A stretch of DNA of 63,731 nucleotides, the filler included. It is 5 parts of 5 records of this genome, joined end to end, with 100 filler letters (N's around TTAATTAATTAA, not from the genome) between each part and the next. Parts side by side here need not be neighbours in the genome. Positions count along the whole stretch, not along the records: positions 58,499 to 63,731 come from DRR378314_225; 4 more parts are not named here. One strand, given 5' to 3'. Below, in pieces: positions 63,584-63,731 of the stretch (position 1 is its first letter; each line of letters begins with the position of its first letter). A program made the position numbers and the translations under genes. The notes under the pieces were generated by a model. The model worked only from the letters and a program-made list of their open reading frames with translations. It made no database searches and was not told the origin of the DNA.

Positions 63584-63731
63584 CGCAGCGTGCGCGAGGC
63601 GAGAACGAGAGCGCAAAGTAAAAGGGAACGATGTCTTGTACCGACGCAGTGAATTGACCCAGTGCACTCGCGAGCCCTTTCCCCCTCCCCCAATACATCG
63701 TGCTTCGCCCTCTACAGCACAGCGGTGATAC

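Noticed and set aside
58637..63728. The many short ORFs listed for contig 5 as separate small proteins
   Set aside because: Explained as exon fragments plus intron read-through, or random ORFs in eukaryotic DNA
58399..63731. Horizontal transfer of eukaryotic genes next to the phn cluster
   Set aside because: Separated by an artificial spacer; different contigs

Overview
This window is not one locus. It is five unrelated contigs joined by 100-bp artificial spacers (44 N + TTAATTAATTAA + 44 N) at 16936-17035, 34793-34892, 41589-41688 and 58399-58498. Taxonomy below is inferred from protein style and gene order. (1) 1-16935, Rhodobacteraceae-like core region: ABC exporter with a degenerate ATPase domain and a cNMP-binding tail, accD-folC, zapE, fghA, mbfA with a perfect Irr/ICE box, paaI-paaK. 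(2) 17036-34792, high-GC Alcanivorax-like gammaproteobacterium: a TetR-linked acyl-CoA / 3-hydroxybutyrate uptake and catabolism cluster, minCDE, fadE, ybbN, REP-like palindromes. (3) 34893-41588, a second Rhodobacteraceae-like contig: coxM-like gene, truncated soluble MCP, infC with an ATA start, an 11-mer-repeat protein, cysI-cysH-DUF934-fpr. (4) 41689-58398, Halomonas-like: myo-inositol (iol) cluster with phased IolR boxes and a 2-aminoethylphosphonate uptake/phnWX cluster with an internal operator. (5) 58499-63731, a eukaryote: an 8-exon prenyltransferase alpha-subunit gene (FNTA/RAM2) head-to-head with an uncharacterised multi-exon gene; the ORF track shows neither as a single ORF. No CRISPR array, rRNA, tRNA or intact transposase was seen. 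I found no unambiguous new system; the best candidates are the contig 2 catabolic cluster, the ATPase-dead cNMP ABC protein and the unknown eukaryotic gene.
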